From Podarcis vaucheri (Eukaryota): a stretch of 64,000 bases of DNA. Under the pieces are notes generated by a model. It worked only from the letters and a program-made list of their open reading frames with translations, was not told the origin of the DNA and did no database searches. Shown here piece after piece: positions 23,713-37,727 of the stretch. The stretch lies in assembly GCA_965113315.1 (NCBI GenBank), contig OZ220363.1. One strand, written 5' to 3'. The first letter of the stretch is position 1; the number at the start of each line of letters is the position of its first letter. The translations under genes were made by a program, and so were the position numbers.

Positions 23713-24815
23713 GACTTGAATGCGATGTTACTTGAGAAGGGGCTGTTTTGTACCCCACTCAAGAATGCGTCGTCATCACAGAGCGGGCTTGCCTTGCCGC
23801 CGTCTACACTGCTAAATCTGTCAGAGCTCCACCACCGCCAGTTGGGGAAACCTTACATTGTAGGAGGCATAATGCTAACTGTTTTTACATGGATTTATTA
23901 TGGGCTTGTATTTGAATTGTTGTCGGCAACTCTGGGCAATGTGAGTGCATTGGAAGGGTGGGGTATAATTTTTTTAAACTACAGCTCTTAGAGCCCAGTC
24001 CTGTCTAGGCCTACTCAGGACTAGTGCCCAGTGCGTAGGATTGCAACATTAGTAGTTATCCTGTAGGTTCTGCAGCTGGTTGATACGTCTTACATTGCAT
24101 CTCCCCTGCTTTCTTTGCCAGTGGAGGAAGAGGAAATCTTGACTCATCTAGATCTTCCTGGTATTAATTTGACCTTTTAAAACAAAGAAGTATGAAAAGG
24201 GAGCAGCAAATTTATCTAGTATCTGGGGCAGAATTGATCATACATTCTGTTTTTATTTTTTAGCCAACCTAACTGCAGATTAGTGAGAATTTAGTACTTG
24301 ATTGTACTTTGTTAAAAAAACAAAGAAAAGCTGCCTAATAGTACTACTACTGTAAGGAGCACATGGAGTTTGTCTGTTGTGGGACTGGGAATGAATGTGG
24401 GTGCTGAGCCACAAGCCAAGTGCTTTAAATTTTCCTTGCTCGTCATTCTTCGTTGCTCATGTCCAGCTCCTCAAAATGCATCTTCCCTGCTGACAACATG
24501 CAGTCGTGGGGAGGCTGCCTTACGTTGCATAATTAAAGAAAATTTTCCAAAAAAGAAAGAATCCGAGTGCTGAATGTGCTTGATACTCATCAGCAGAGTG
24601 AATCTGCTCCCTGTGAGGGTATGTGTGGTACTTAGATGCTGCAAAACACATTATTGGACCCCTGTTTTGGATGTAGTTTGAAATAATGATTTAGCGGTGC
24701 CTGATTGATCAGCAGCAAGCCTCCATCTCACACCCTCCACTGGATTATTTTATTCTGATCTGGGATTACTGGTTAGTTTAACGTATGCCTGGGATCATAA
24801 AGCATGGTTTGAGCC

Positions 24816-24825
24816 TGTAAATAAA
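24816..24825 (+). terminator. Candidate poly(A) signal of the Myb/SANT-like gene (AATAAA overlapping a TGTAAATA Pumilio element)
   Basis: First AATAAA I found after the stop (24820-24825); others lie near 25556 and 25801. Confidence 0.4.
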
Positions 24826-26149
24826 ACATTCACATTCCCCGTTCAGATACTTCCCCTCCAGGCTGTGCCAGAGGTAGTGCTGAGCTGTGGCCCACAGCTG
24901 CTTCTGTTTTACTTTGGAGATATTTGAAATTGTAAGTGGAGGAAGACCCTGTACATGGCATTTCCATGTAGGCTGGGAAAGATTCCTACTTGAAACCTTG
25001 GTGAGAGAGCTGCTGTCACTCAGCAAGCTTGATAGACCAATCATCTGACACAATATAAGATAGCTTCCTGTGTGCATTTGTTCTACAATATTTCCCTTAA
25101 GATACTGGAATAGTGATTGCTGGGAGGAGCAGAGGTCCATGAATGCACAGAGTAGTTTTATCTGCTATTGTAATAATAATAATGTTTGTAATAATATATT
25201 TTATCTGCCATTGTAATAATAATAAGAAGAATAAGAATAATAATTTATTATTTATACCCCACCCATTTGGCTGGGTTTCCCCAGCCACTCTGGGCAGCTT
25301 CCAACAAAATATTAAAATACAATAGTCCTTCAGATATTAAAAACTTCCCTAAACAGGGCTGTAGATATATGGGACTGTTTTCCTTGGATGTATATCACTA
25401 GATCTCAAAGCGGACAGCCTATCAATTGGGTGCAGATTGCAAAGGAAAAGGTATTGCATTCTGAAGCCTTTGCTCCATGGAAGACTGAAGGAGACAGGAG
25501 CAACTTTATCAACACCAGATTTAGAAAATAATGTATATTTCAAATTTATTATACAAATAAAAATAAATATGGCATAACATAATCTATGGAGAAATTGAGG
25601 CAGAGGGTAAGCCACTTTAAGAGGGATACTTTATGAATTTTGGTTGAAGAAATATTGTTAGAACAGAACATCTGTGCATTGCCAATGGTAATAGTGTGGT
25701 CCCCAAGTGTTTCAAACACATTACACACAATCATTTCCTCCTTTTATTTCTGGGCTGGCTCTAGAGATTCAACCACAGTTTGTTTCTCAGTATCAATATT
25801 AATAAATGTTTTTGATGTAATTAGGCTTCTGATAGCATAAGCTAATCTCATTTTTAAAAAATGTAACACCTTTTGTCTCAAATCATAATTAAGTTACATA
25901 TTGGGAAATATACAAACACCCCTCCCCAAAGAAGAACAAGTCAGTTTAGAGCCAAGTGGGGGAAGCAATGTTTTGTGCAACCACATCCTTACAATGTTGT
26001 ATGGGAACAATTATTTGCCACAGGGGGGCTATACATTGCAGCAGGCTACACATTCCTTCAGAGGCAGATTTAGAGGAGCGTGACCGGATTGGGCACAACA
26101 GAAGTTGAGAGGCAGAGGGGTGCTGATTCCTTAAGCCAAAGCCTTAAGC

Positions 26150-26287
26150 CAGCAGTTCTCAACCTGTGGGTCCCCATATGTTGTTGGAGTACAACTCCTA
26201 TCATCCCTGACCACTGGTCATGCTGGCTAGGAATGATAGGAGTTGTAGTTCATCAACATCTGGGGACCCACAGGTTGAGAAACACTG
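26150..26287. mobile_element. hAT-type MITE with 8-bp TSD CCTTAAGC
   Basis: CAG..TTCTCAACCTGTGGGTCCCC ... GGGGACCCACAGGTTGAGAAACACTG; identical 8-mer at 26142-26149 and 26288-26295. Confidence 0.88.
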
Positions 26288-26469
26288 CCTTAAGCCTTCA
26301 GGTAGCTTTTACCTGTCCCCTGCCTTGTTGCTATGAAACACACAAATAATCTGAGACAGATGTTGATGATGGAACAAAATCAGCATGGATGTTTAGCCTC
26401 TCTTGCAATTACAGATTGAGCAAGACTTTTGGGACAAGACAACTTACTCTCTTGTGATAATGAAATGAC

Positions 26470-27060
26470 CCTGTGGACTGGAGGCAGCCAAATGTCCCAT
26501 CTTCAGAAAGAGGATCAGGCAACCACCAACCAGTCAGTTTGATGTCAGTACCAATAAGGGTCCTAGAACACATAATGAAGCAGTTGGTCTGCAAGCACTT
26601 GCAGGTCTTTGTAGAATAGATCACAAGCTTAGCATGAGTCAACAGTGTGATGCAGCAGTGAAAATAGCTAAACCAATTCTAGGCTGCATCCATAGTAGTG
26701 GTGCCCAGATCAAGGATAGTAATAGTACCTCTCTATTCTGCCTTAATCAGGCCCCAAATGGAGCACTGTGGCCACACTTGGACACCACATTTTGAGAAGG
26801 ATATTGACAAAGGGTCTGGAAACCAGGCCTTACGAGGAATGCTTGAGGGAGTTGGGTATGTTTGACCTGGAGAAGGCTGAGAGGTTATACAACAGTCATC
26901 TTTAAATAAGGGAAGGGCTGTCATGAGTGATGGAACAAGCTTGTTTGGGGGGCTTTGGTTTTTTTGCTGCTGCAGAGGGTAGGGCTTGAGCCAATTTATT
27001 CAAATTACAAGCAAGGATATTCCAGCTAAACATAAGGAAGAACTTTCTGACAAGAGCATT
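26470..27060 (+). mobile_element. Degenerate CR1 LINE ORF2 fragments
   Basis: Remnants such as CATGAGTCAACAGTGTGATGCAGC, ATTCTAGGCTGCATC, CTCTATTCTGCCTT..TCAGGCC, TAAGGAAGAACTTTCTGAC. Confidence 0.75.
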
Positions 27061-27899
27061 TCTGTAAGATTCAATTTCAGTAAGCTATGAAGGAGCCAAT
27101 ATTCTCTTTGATTTATATGGCATTCTGTTCAGTTAGGGAACACGTCATCACTGCTGGTGCCGATATTGGATGGATGAGAAAGATGGGTGACCTCAGGATG
27201 TTAAAAGTGATATATAGGGGGGATAAGTATAGAAGGCATGAGTCTGGAAATGCTCTTCTGCATGATGTAACGCCACTCATGAGACTCACAACACAATCCT
27301 ATACATAAATACTGATAAGTACTCAAAAAGAAGTCTCATTGAGTTCAATGGGGCTTTAAAAAGACATGATTATAGCATTAAGAAATTAAATAGGGGGAAA
27401 AGTTAATTCCTTTTACTATCACACATAGCAATACAGAGTGTTGAGTGCAGACATTATTTGTTCTGCTTGCCCTTGTTTTTGGTGTTTGAATTTTGCCATA
27501 ACTCATCCTTAGAACCTTCTGTAGCTGTTTAATTTATATTTGCCTAATAGTGGCAATCAGTTCAAGACATCAGTGGTTTACATTTTCTTAAACGATGCCA
27601 GACACTGCAGGCTTCCAGGGAGGAACCATGGCACACTAGACGTCTCCTGGCCATAAATCTTGGTTATCACATTATCTATGGGGGAACAGGGGATACAGGG
27701 GAACAGGGATAACAGGGTTTAACTTCCAATGCTCTGAAAGTCATGCTTTCTAGGCCAAGGAACCAGTAAATTTTATTTTAAATTATCCACCTCACTGATG
27801 AATGTGCTAATTGTGAAGTGAAGCTACATTACGTCACTGTGAAAAGGGAATGCAAGGAATATACTGTTGATAAGTAAAGACTAATATATTAAAAGCACT

Positions 27900-29156
27900 C
27901 AGCATAGCAAAACTACCCCACTGACTGATGGCATTGTGCAGCAACTACTGGATGAGCAACTGAAAGAGCTCAAAGCTGAGGTGTATAAAATGGTGAATAA
28001 AAGTGAACTAGACAAAGCTGAGGCTAAAGAAGACACAGAGCCTTCGGAAAATAATATTTATGGAGAACGGGAAAGTGGAATGGTGAAGCTGGAGACAGTG
28101 GAATGGCAGATTCTGGAGCTATGATGCTGGAGGAGTGGAATGAAACCATGTATGGAAAGATTAAGAAATATAATACTTTTATTATTTGTACCCCACCCAT
28201 CTGTCAGGGTTGCCTGAGTTGGCAGAGATAGAGCTGGGAAAGAAAGGATTCCGCATACAATTTGCAGTGAATTCAGAGGGGAAAGCTTTCAAGCCTCTGG
28301 GAACACCCCTGGAAAAAGAATGGAAGAGGAAATGAAAGGAATATTTTTTTATTTAAAAAAGGATGGAAAACTAAGGAAAAGAGGAAATGGGATTGGAATA
28401 TACGGAACTGAGTGTGGATTAATGAATATACAATAAGCAAGTAATTATGGATTACAGTTTTAATATATGACCACAGCAAAGAGACTCATGTGGGAATAAA
28501 GATCAAGGATTTATTTTTTTCAACATTGGAGGTAAAGCTGTTATGTTGGACAGGAAGAAAACTACTGTTGACATATATTGATAAGAACAATAATTCGAGA
28601 ACCTCTTTTGGATGTTTTGTGCGGAAGGAAAATTAACTTGATACCTGGATCTGAAAACTGGAAAAACATCACCTAGCAGAATAGCTGGATACCACTCTGG
28701 AATGAATATTTGAATAATTTTTATATATACAACTGACAGATGGATAATTGGAAGCTCTTTTCGTTTATTTCTCTTTCCTTATATTTTTCCTCTTTTTTAT
28801 TTTTCTATTATTTTTATTTTTCTGTAGCTTTTTTCTTTCCTTCCCCCCCCCCTTTGCTCTTGCTGCTTCTTCTTATGTCCTCTACTCTGGGTCAATGAGG
28901 GGATTCTATGCAGATGAAGGTGATGGCTAGCTGCTGAAGGGCCCTGTGTGACAGGCAGGGAAAGGAAGATCTCTCTGGGCGGGAGGCTGGGGGAAGAAAG
29001 GGGATCTCCCAGGTGAGAGTTGGGAGGTTCCGATCCACCTCTTTCTTGGTGAGACAAGGGTTAAGACGAGAGAAGATTTTGCATTCTTCCTATTTTTGTT
29101 TAAATTTGTTTGTACTGTATTATAAAAAACTTAATAAAATCTTTTTTTAAAAAAAG
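27900..29156 (+). mobile_element. Probable degenerate L1-like element (coiled-coil ORF1-like remnant, T-rich 3' region, AATAAA + A tail)
   Basis: QQLLDEQLKELKAEV-like heptads and A-rich broken frames, ending CTTAATAAAATCTTTTTTTAAAAAAA. Confidence 0.45.
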
Positions 29157-29604
29157 CCAAACACTGAATTAACACAACTACAGAGATAACTTTATGAGTA
29201 ATTGTACATTTAAACTAACGGGAAGCAAATCTGTGTTATAGAACTTAAGCAGCTTGCTTTAGAGTTACTGGTAGTACAGAACAGGGCTAGCCAACCCATA
29301 AGGCAAGATGAGGTGACCAGATTCAGAAGGACAGCAATCCCGCTGGACTGTCACTTCTTCCCTAGCAGGTGTCAAAATGTCTTTGGTCAGCCGTGGTATA
29401 GATAAAGACAGTATTCTAAATACATGGTTGTGTCATGGATAAAGGGTCTACTGCAACTTCCGCTGCAGTATTCTCTTCTGCCTCCCAAAGGTATTGAACC
29501 ATATAAATAACGTAGCTGGAGGGTGTTCCATGCTTTGCAGAATTTGCACTTTTAGCATAGTACAAATCTTTCAAGTTGGAAGTACACTCACCTCTTAACT
29601 TCTA

Positions 29605-29692
29605 TTGTTGTTTAGTCGTGTCCAACTCTTCGTGACCCCATGGGCCAGAGCGCGACAGGCACTCCTGTCTTCCACTGCCTCCCGCAGTTTGG
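29605..29692 (-). mobile_element. Bov-B (RTE) LINE 3' end fragment
   Basis: TTGTTGTTTAGTCGTGTCCAACTCTTCGTGACCCCATGG... is the reverse complement of a Bov-B-like 3' end with a (CAA)n tail. Confidence 0.75.
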
Positions 29693-30775
29693 ATCACTTT
29701 CCCCCTGCAATGACTTTAAGATACATTCTTCTCCTACCATCTAAAAGTACTACTATTGGGGTCTGGGTGATAGAATTGAATATTGAATATAGGAGTTTAA
29801 TGCACAACATCTACGCGGTCCGAAATTTCCCACGTTGTCTTTGAGCAAGATAATAAACCAGACGACCACTGGATCCTTTTCAGACCCATGAATCGAGCTT
29901 CTTTTTTCACAGCCCTGTGAAAAAAAGAGCCAACCCACACAGATTCTATAGAGCCAATCCACACAGATTAGTTGCAGCTAATCCCAATATAAATGTACTA
30001 CTTTTACTGTCTTGTTGAATTGTATTATTGAAAGAAGTGTTTTGTGGAGAACTGCGTCAAGTCATGTAAAGGTGGGGTGGAAACTGAACAGTAGCAGCAA
30101 ACCTCCCGTCGCACTAATGTCCTGTAAAGGAACTGGGCTTAGTTGTTGCTTGAAGCGCAAAAGTCACCAAAAAGGTTGAACCAGGATGAAACCTGGTACC
30201 AAATTTACTATAACAGCATCCAGAAATTACCTTTTCTTAATCCAGTCATTGAAGTAAAAAGATTTCCCTTGATTTGGAGAAGGGGTGGGGATTCACGGGC
30301 AGCTTTCCCATCGCTCTAGGTTCCGAGCCGTAAGCTCCCAGCTTCCAGCTCCTCTCCCAGCAGTTTCAGATTTCATTAAGTCCCCTTTTGCTAGGTTGCC
30401 AGCACCCCTTATGTACTGTTCACCCCAGTTAATAGAGGTTCCTAATGTAGAACAAAGGCAGCTGTGGACATTTTCTTTGGTTACTCCACAGTCTAAGCTG
30501 ATTCCAGAAAACACATCTACCTGCTTGAACAATCAATGTGAGGAACAGGGAATAAGCAGAAAGCTGAAGAGACAACCAATGCTACTGTATTTTAGTAATA
30601 AAAATTATATATTGCTTGATAGTTTTTTTTTAAATGTGGGATTGTTTTTTTTTAAAAAAGACCCAAACATCATAGAGCTTATTCAACCAACACTTTGTCA
30701 TGGATTCTACCAAAATGCCTTTCGTACTCACTCTTCACACGATGGAGAGAAGTGTATCAAAGAAATCCCAATTTA

Positions 30776-30944
30776 CCGTATTTTTCGCTCTATAACACGC
30801 ACCTGACCATAACACGCACGTAGTTTTTAGAGGAGGAAAATCTGTAGGCATGCCACCTGTAGGCATTCCCTCCATAACACGCACAGACATTTCCCCTTAC
30901 TTTCTAGGAGGAAAAAAGTGAGTGTTATGGTGCAAAAAATACGG
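30776..30944. mobile_element. 169-bp pogo/Tigger-like MITE (TIR CCGTATTTTT, TA TSD)
   Basis: TIRs with TA; near-identical copy at 44846-45014. Confidence 0.88.
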
Positions 30945-31224
30945 TACTTTTAATGTGGGATCTCTCCAACCAAGAGTTTGTGTGTCAGTATATGAAACAG
31001 TACTGGGTCATTCCCAACAGTTCACAGCTTTAATCTAACCCACTTAGCACTTGAAATATAGCTGACCAAAAGGAAGTTTACAAGTTGTACCAGAGATGTA
31101 ACAGTTAACTACCTATGGGTTGTTAAAGCAGTCTGTAATTCTCAACAAGCCAATGTTGAGTAGACTATAAAACTCTTAAATTTCAGGGTTGTGGCAAAAG
31201 ATTGGGCACCCTGGGCAAAAAATT

Positions 31225-31290
31225 ACTGCATTACAGGGGTTTGGACTAGACAATTCTTGTGGTCCCTTCCAACTCTACAGTTCTATGAAT
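31225..31290 (+). mobile_element. Short CR1 3' end
   Basis: GGACTAGA...GGTCCCTTCCAACTCTACAGTTCTATGA. Confidence 0.65.
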
Positions 31291-31799
31291 ACTTAATTGT
31301 AGGTGTTTGTGATTATGCTTCTTTCTGAATACTTAACGATTTACAATTCACTTTGTTTGATGGAGACTTCACTATAATCTTTGCACAATCCTTTATGAAA
31401 ATAAGCTATCCTTATAATATTACCCTGCCTGTTTTGTATTTATTGTTTTCTGGACAAAACTCAGCATTCACTGATGTTCAAACACTATCATATTTGCTCC
31501 CATTGAAAGGAACCTGGTGTATATTTCCCAATTGCAATTTGCACCAGGCAGTGATTCATGGAATGCAATGGTAAGAAATCAAGCAACGAGAAAAACGTCC
31601 ATTTTCATTTCACTACTGTAGGGGGGAAAGATGTTTAATATGTCATCAACATTGCAAAACTGGTAATTCACAGATCAGCACCACACTTCCATTTCATAGG
31701 AAACAAACTTCATTGCTTTTCGAAGGAAGGTATTTCCAGAACTATTTTTGGTCAAGTTCCATATAGAATAAATTGAACAAATGTAGGCAAAATAATTGT

Positions 31800-34700
31800 T
31801 TGCATGCTGAATGATTTTTTTTTATTTAGAACCAGTTTATAAAAATAAAATACAAAATAATTTGAAAAACAGAACTTAAAACATTTACAAAGCCTTGATA
31901 TGATACAAATGGGGGAAGGGAAATAAATAACTACACCTTTATGTACAAATGACCATTACAAAGACACTATGTCAGTACCTTATGTTCTTAAACAACTGAG
32001 CAAAAATTATAAATAAAAAGACATCCAATTTGAATTTTGGAAACAAGAAGTGGGGAAAGACTGGAATACTTGACGATACTAAGTTACCTCTCCAGAACAA
32101 CTTTCTACCTAAATTCATCATCATAACTGTTATTCTTGAGATGCTAAATGTTTTCTAGTAAATAAGAGGTGCATTTTTTTCTAATTTTGAAATAATTCAT
32201 TTTTAAAATATTGTTAAGCAATTTCAGATTAGTTAGAAGTTCAGTGCTTCAGAGGTCACTCCTGGTTTCAAAGCCTTCATTTCCTTCATTTTTGGATGTT
32301 GTAAAGTAGTTAGGGGGGAAAACCCAAATATAAAACATGATCAGGCATGAATAGTTCAGTAAGAAAGCAGATGTTTAGGGAGAGAGTTACAGAAACGTAC
32401 TTTCTGGCCACCAAGGAACAGTATGCAAGAGAAGTTGGAGGACCACCTAGATGCATAATACTGCTCTTCTGAAGGATCTGAAGACCTATGTAAAAAGCCT
32501 TTTTAAAAGGCAGCCTTTTATGTATCAAGACAGTGAGTTGTATCTAACATTATTCATACTCAGACGCAGTGAAATTAACAGACCTACTGACCTGTTACTC
32601 ATGACCATTAATTTCTTTGAGTCTCCTCCAGGTCTGACTAACATTGGATAGAACCTTGTATTAATTTGACTCTGCTATATGTGAGCCAGAGCAGCTGAAA
32701 CATTTCCTGGTGCAATCCACAATCTATACACTTTTGCACAAAATGTATATTTTGTATATCTAAGGGGGAAAATCATGGCCAACACAACTATCCTCTGCGG
32801 CTCATTCTTTTAGTTCCTTTAAAGGCAATAATTTGGCTAATGCCATGGGGAATTATGCCTGCATAAAAATGGACAAAAGTACAACATAGTATGTCCAGCA
32901 GAAAACTGAGATAGCAAGATCCAAATGCAGAACAGCAAAAGTCAACGCTTACCAAAGCAAAGATTTTGTGAAAGACCCAAGGAATTAAATTTCTAAATCT
33001 ATATACACTCAGATGTCAGAAAATCTCTTTCGTTGAATGAACACTCAAGGTAAAGCCTACTTAGATGTTGCACTGCTCTCTCTAGTACGAATGACAGATG
33101 AACTCTGAACTTTAACCCAAATTCCTAAGCCTATAGAACTATATGAAAGTTTTAGATATAATGGAGTGCACCACTGCTCAGAAGTCCCTCTCTGTGTGAT
33201 GTCCTTGTGACCACTTATTGCAGAAGGAAATAAGTTGTATTCCTTTAAGTTACCTACAAGCAAGCTGAGTTGAGCTCATAAAAGCAAGTTGCTAGTCTAA
33301 AGCTGCAGAAGTTCAGTTTAAAGATTTTCTAGCACTAGGGGTTTTTGGCCATTATTAACTGTTAATAGACACTGTTACTAGAGACCAAAGCCATTTAAAA
33401 GTAATAAAATTATGGAGCTACCACCAAGTTAAAAAACAAGACCAACATACAATACGCTTCTATATATATACATATATATATATACATATACGCACACAGC
33501 CTGCTGTGATAATAATTACATAAATGTAGATAATATAGGCAACACACTCGCCTAAGATCCTATGACTAGAATTGTTAATATTCCATCTTACTCAATTTGT
33601 TTGTTTTCAGAAAACTATTCTTGTAGGGTTGTGAGGAGAAAAAAAGTTCCTCTGAAGTGGAAGGCCAAAATTTGGAGAAAGCTATGTTATATACAAATCC
33701 TTGTTCATAAGTACAGGTATCAATCAATTTATCACTAAAAGACATGCACAACAATAAGCATACTACATATCTGGTTTAAGGCCTGTGCCCACTCATTCCA
33801 CTAACCTGTTTTACTAACAACAGATTTAGTTGGTGGAAAAGCAGACTACACAAGAACAAAAGCAAAAAAGTTGCCTTTCTTATTTCCCTGCTTTTTGTTT
33901 TGAGACAAAGGAAGGGGTTAGGCACTACCCTAAAATGTCAGAATGCTCTGGGCAATCCTCAAACAGTTAAGGGGATCAGTTGGGTAAGTCAGCTATTACA
34001 GCCATTACAGCCCAATCCTCAAAGGCAGCAGGGTCAACATACTGCGGGATGGGGGTCTTCATTCATTCAGTGAGCCCCCATGTGTTGTCAGAGCTCCCAG
34101 AATCTTCAGGTGCATAGGAGGAGTCAGTGCTCTGCAGAGATTTCCTCTATGCAACCACGTATGTTTTATAGTAATACAGAGAGGAGCAAGCATTGTAGTG
34201 AGTTCTCTGACCACTTCCCCCTCTTAAATAAATGTTACTTATGAGGAGTCACTACAATAACAAACCTGATCTTAGGACAAAAGGAAGCCGTCAGAGGGTC
34301 CTTCCTCGGTGCAAGGCTGGGCAAAGGAGATCTGTGCCCGCTATCCTGGCGGGTTGGGCTGTCCTTAACTCAAGATGCAGGAAGACCAAGACTACAGGAG
34401 ACAGTATAGCAGCATAGTGATTTGGGAATCACAGCATATAATTTGGGGGCTCAATGCAACAAGATACGCACTATCTTAATTTCCTATTAGCATTAACTGG
34501 GAAAATAACACTGTCCTGTATCTTGCAGCATTGAGCCTATAAAAGCAGCAAGGTTATGTTTTCTCTCGGCTATGCCAATAAACCAGTTGGCCTATTACAT
34601 TTTTACCATTTTTAATTGGTTTGTTTTGAGGAAATAAAAGAAAACGTGCAAATAATATTTTAGATAAATTGAAGGAATAGATTTTAAAATGCAGGCACAG

Positions 34701-37686
34701 TTACGCTTTCATATTTAAGTACATTATTGGCATATATTCATTGTCTTCCTTATGTTATTAGAATTATTGTCCTTTGTTTTCTGCAAACGGGAGGTGATAC
34801 AAAAGCATTTCATAGATTTACTACTGTAGACAAATCAATGCATTACTTATGTTTACCTCAGGGAGGAATTGCATCTGGTGGCATCAGAGAACATTAAATT
34901 TGTAAATTATAAAAATAAGCAGCCATAGGTAAAATTAGAGCAGGGTTTTGAATATTGGTAATTTCTTTTAATTAGACTTGATGGGGATGATGTTCAGCAA
35001 GGTGTAGCAGACAGAACATTATCAAGAGCAAGAGACTATATCCAAAACATTTCCCACAAATACACGTGTTGTACTGTAGAATTAAAATAAAAGGAAACCT
35101 GAATCAAAAAGACAACTCTATTTTCTTGTTACTATTAAAGAATAGCATTAGGGACAGATAATCTCAAAGGCAGGTGTTAAAACCTCTAAATGACCCTTAC
35201 CACAGGTAGTACATGAGTATCACAGGAATGCTATGCTTATTGTTACCCTACAAAGGTGCTACGCATAAGTTTCAAACTGCATTCCCTTCCCATCTAGCAA
35301 GGCTATATTGTAGCCACAACATGTGTCAGGGATGTGACAAGTGTCCCTCCAACTATTATAGAAGAGTTTGTTGAACAAGGTAAAAATGGAGTTTGCCAGC
35401 AATAAACCTCTAATTCTGAGATGTTTCCCATCAATACCATTTAGAAGTGTGATCTACATACCATAATATAGCAGCCTAAAAATGATAATACTAAAAACTG
35501 TGCAAAAGATGCTGTGATGTTCCCGGAAGCAGTGACATAAAGTGTATTCAGCACAAAGTGGCAACAGTTTAGAGAATCTGTAGAGTAGGTACTGTATCTA
35601 TTATACCTGTCACGGCTTTGGGGTAGTATTCTCAATTTAAGTTGAGCAGTGCTGCTCAGCTGACAGTAAGGCTTTTGTCATCAGAACAGGAAAGGAAGCA
35701 ATTTGTGGTGATTCCCCCAATCAGTTGCTGCAGTCCCTTTGCCCTTCCTAAACCTGCTCCAGAGAGTTGGGAGTTTCATTGGCAAAATGATGCTGTTTGT
35801 GGGTAAATGTCTGCAGCCTATTCAGAAAATTGTGCAACTATTTCTTACTCTGGCTCAAGCCAATGAGGAAACTAGTTTTATTTGTTCTGATTCAATCCCA
35901 GCCATGCTTATTAATTCTTTGCTGCCCTTGATTTACATATTCAAATTTGAAATTTATTATCCAACACAAACTAGATTAAACAATTCAAATTAACCCCATG
36001 ACAGCAATCACTTCATTACTGTGTGGCTAGAGTTGTTGTAATCAAAATTCATTCACAATATCTATTTGGTTCACTTCCAGAAGTGGTAACGGTTATGCAG
36101 ATCTCTGTGTAAGACATGACATGGAGAAACTAAACCACGGATTAAGACAAAGAAAATGAGTTGGTTAATAGTAAGTCAACATGCTAATTTAAAGCTTCAT
36201 TAGTAAACTAAAGGATTTCTAATCACTATTGGATCAGATGTTTGGCAAAGTGACAACTCCAGAAAATAGTTTTTTCAGTCACTGCACTAAAAAAAAAATA
36301 CATAGGCAACCTCCTGTGCTTTCCACAATTACCTTCTAGTCTGACCTATATCTCAACTGCATTTGTACAACATGGAAAGAAATACAAATGCATTTCAACA
36401 CAAAATAGTTTGAACATTAGCATACATATGCCATAAGTAAGAGGAATGTATAACAGCATTTTGACAACATTCTTTTTAAGTCAATGCATAGGATAGGAAT
36501 TATTTTGTCCCTGACAGCAAAGCATGAAAATACATCTTTGGGATATGCCTCTCCCTACATGCAAGGGGAACTGTTTTTCTAATACTGATGCTCTGGGCAT
36601 GTTTATAAAGGTTTTCCTCCAGGGCTCTTCTAGAAGCATCATGACCGTGGATTTAGCACAAAATATAAAAACTGAATATTGCAAGCAGTTTAAACAAGTC
36701 ATAAATAAAGGAATGCCTTTTTAAGCTGAACTTTAGAAATCAAATGGTTATATGACATTAAATGCCTCACAAAAATGTAAGAATGAGCATGAAGAATTCA
36801 TAACTTTGTTGTTTCAAGGCAGTTATCACAAAGTGATGTACCTCTGTATCAACAAGAATTATTTACCTTCACGATAAATGATTCCCTGGAAGCACTTATG
36901 CACCATCTCAAAAGGGGGCATGTCATGTAACCCAGTTTTCCTAAACTGGTGTCCTCCAGAAGTTTGGGACAATTTCCAACAGTCCCAGGCAGGATAACTC
37001 GCCATCATGGATGAAGGGAGCCATAGTCCAGAAATCTGATGGAGACCAGCTTGGGGAAGACTGATGTAGAATGTTTCAGCCACACTCTATGAGGACAATT
37101 TGTTAGATGAAAGTAAACTCTATAAAATTTGGTAACATGTGAAGACCAGAACACAGACACTTGGACTGCAGCCTCAGGGAAGCGTTGAGAGTCCCAGCAG
37201 CTTTTCATAGACATGGGAGAGGGCAAGAGAAAAGAGCTGACAAGGCATGGGCAAAGAGAAAATTAATTTTCTTTGCTTTTATCATATTGATCTATTATCA
37301 TCACTCACTGCCCAGTGTCACAAGGAACAATTTCAACACGAAAGCCTGCTGATGGAAAGATGTGGGGGAAAGATGAAAAGTCAAAATCATGAATACACAT
37401 CTCACTTGGCCATCGGATACATAGCTCCCCTGATTCATTCCATTTCATTCTGAAATTTAAAAGTGAAGCGACAAAGCTGATATTGAACACTGAGTTGCTG
37501 AGCAACCACCAACCCTTCAGTCCTGAACTGAGGCATGAAGAATATTCAGCTTTGTGCATGCCAGGAAATGGGAGCAGCAAGGCCAAGGGTATTTAATTCA
37601 GGCACGCAACTGAAGGAGTACTGCATTGTCTGTGGTCCATAATGTTACAAATGCAAATGAGAGAGTTAAGGATATAGAAGCATATG

Positions 37687-37727
<41 letters not shown>

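Noticed and set aside
30285-30806. 173-aa plus-strand ORF
   Set aside because: Non-ATG start, no recognisable domain, and it runs into a MITE
21044-31000. Harbinger transposase (HARBI1-like) partner or TIRs near the Myb/SANT-like gene
   Set aside because: No DDE-like ORF or matching terminal repeats seen; only CR1, L1-like, Bov-B and MITE debris
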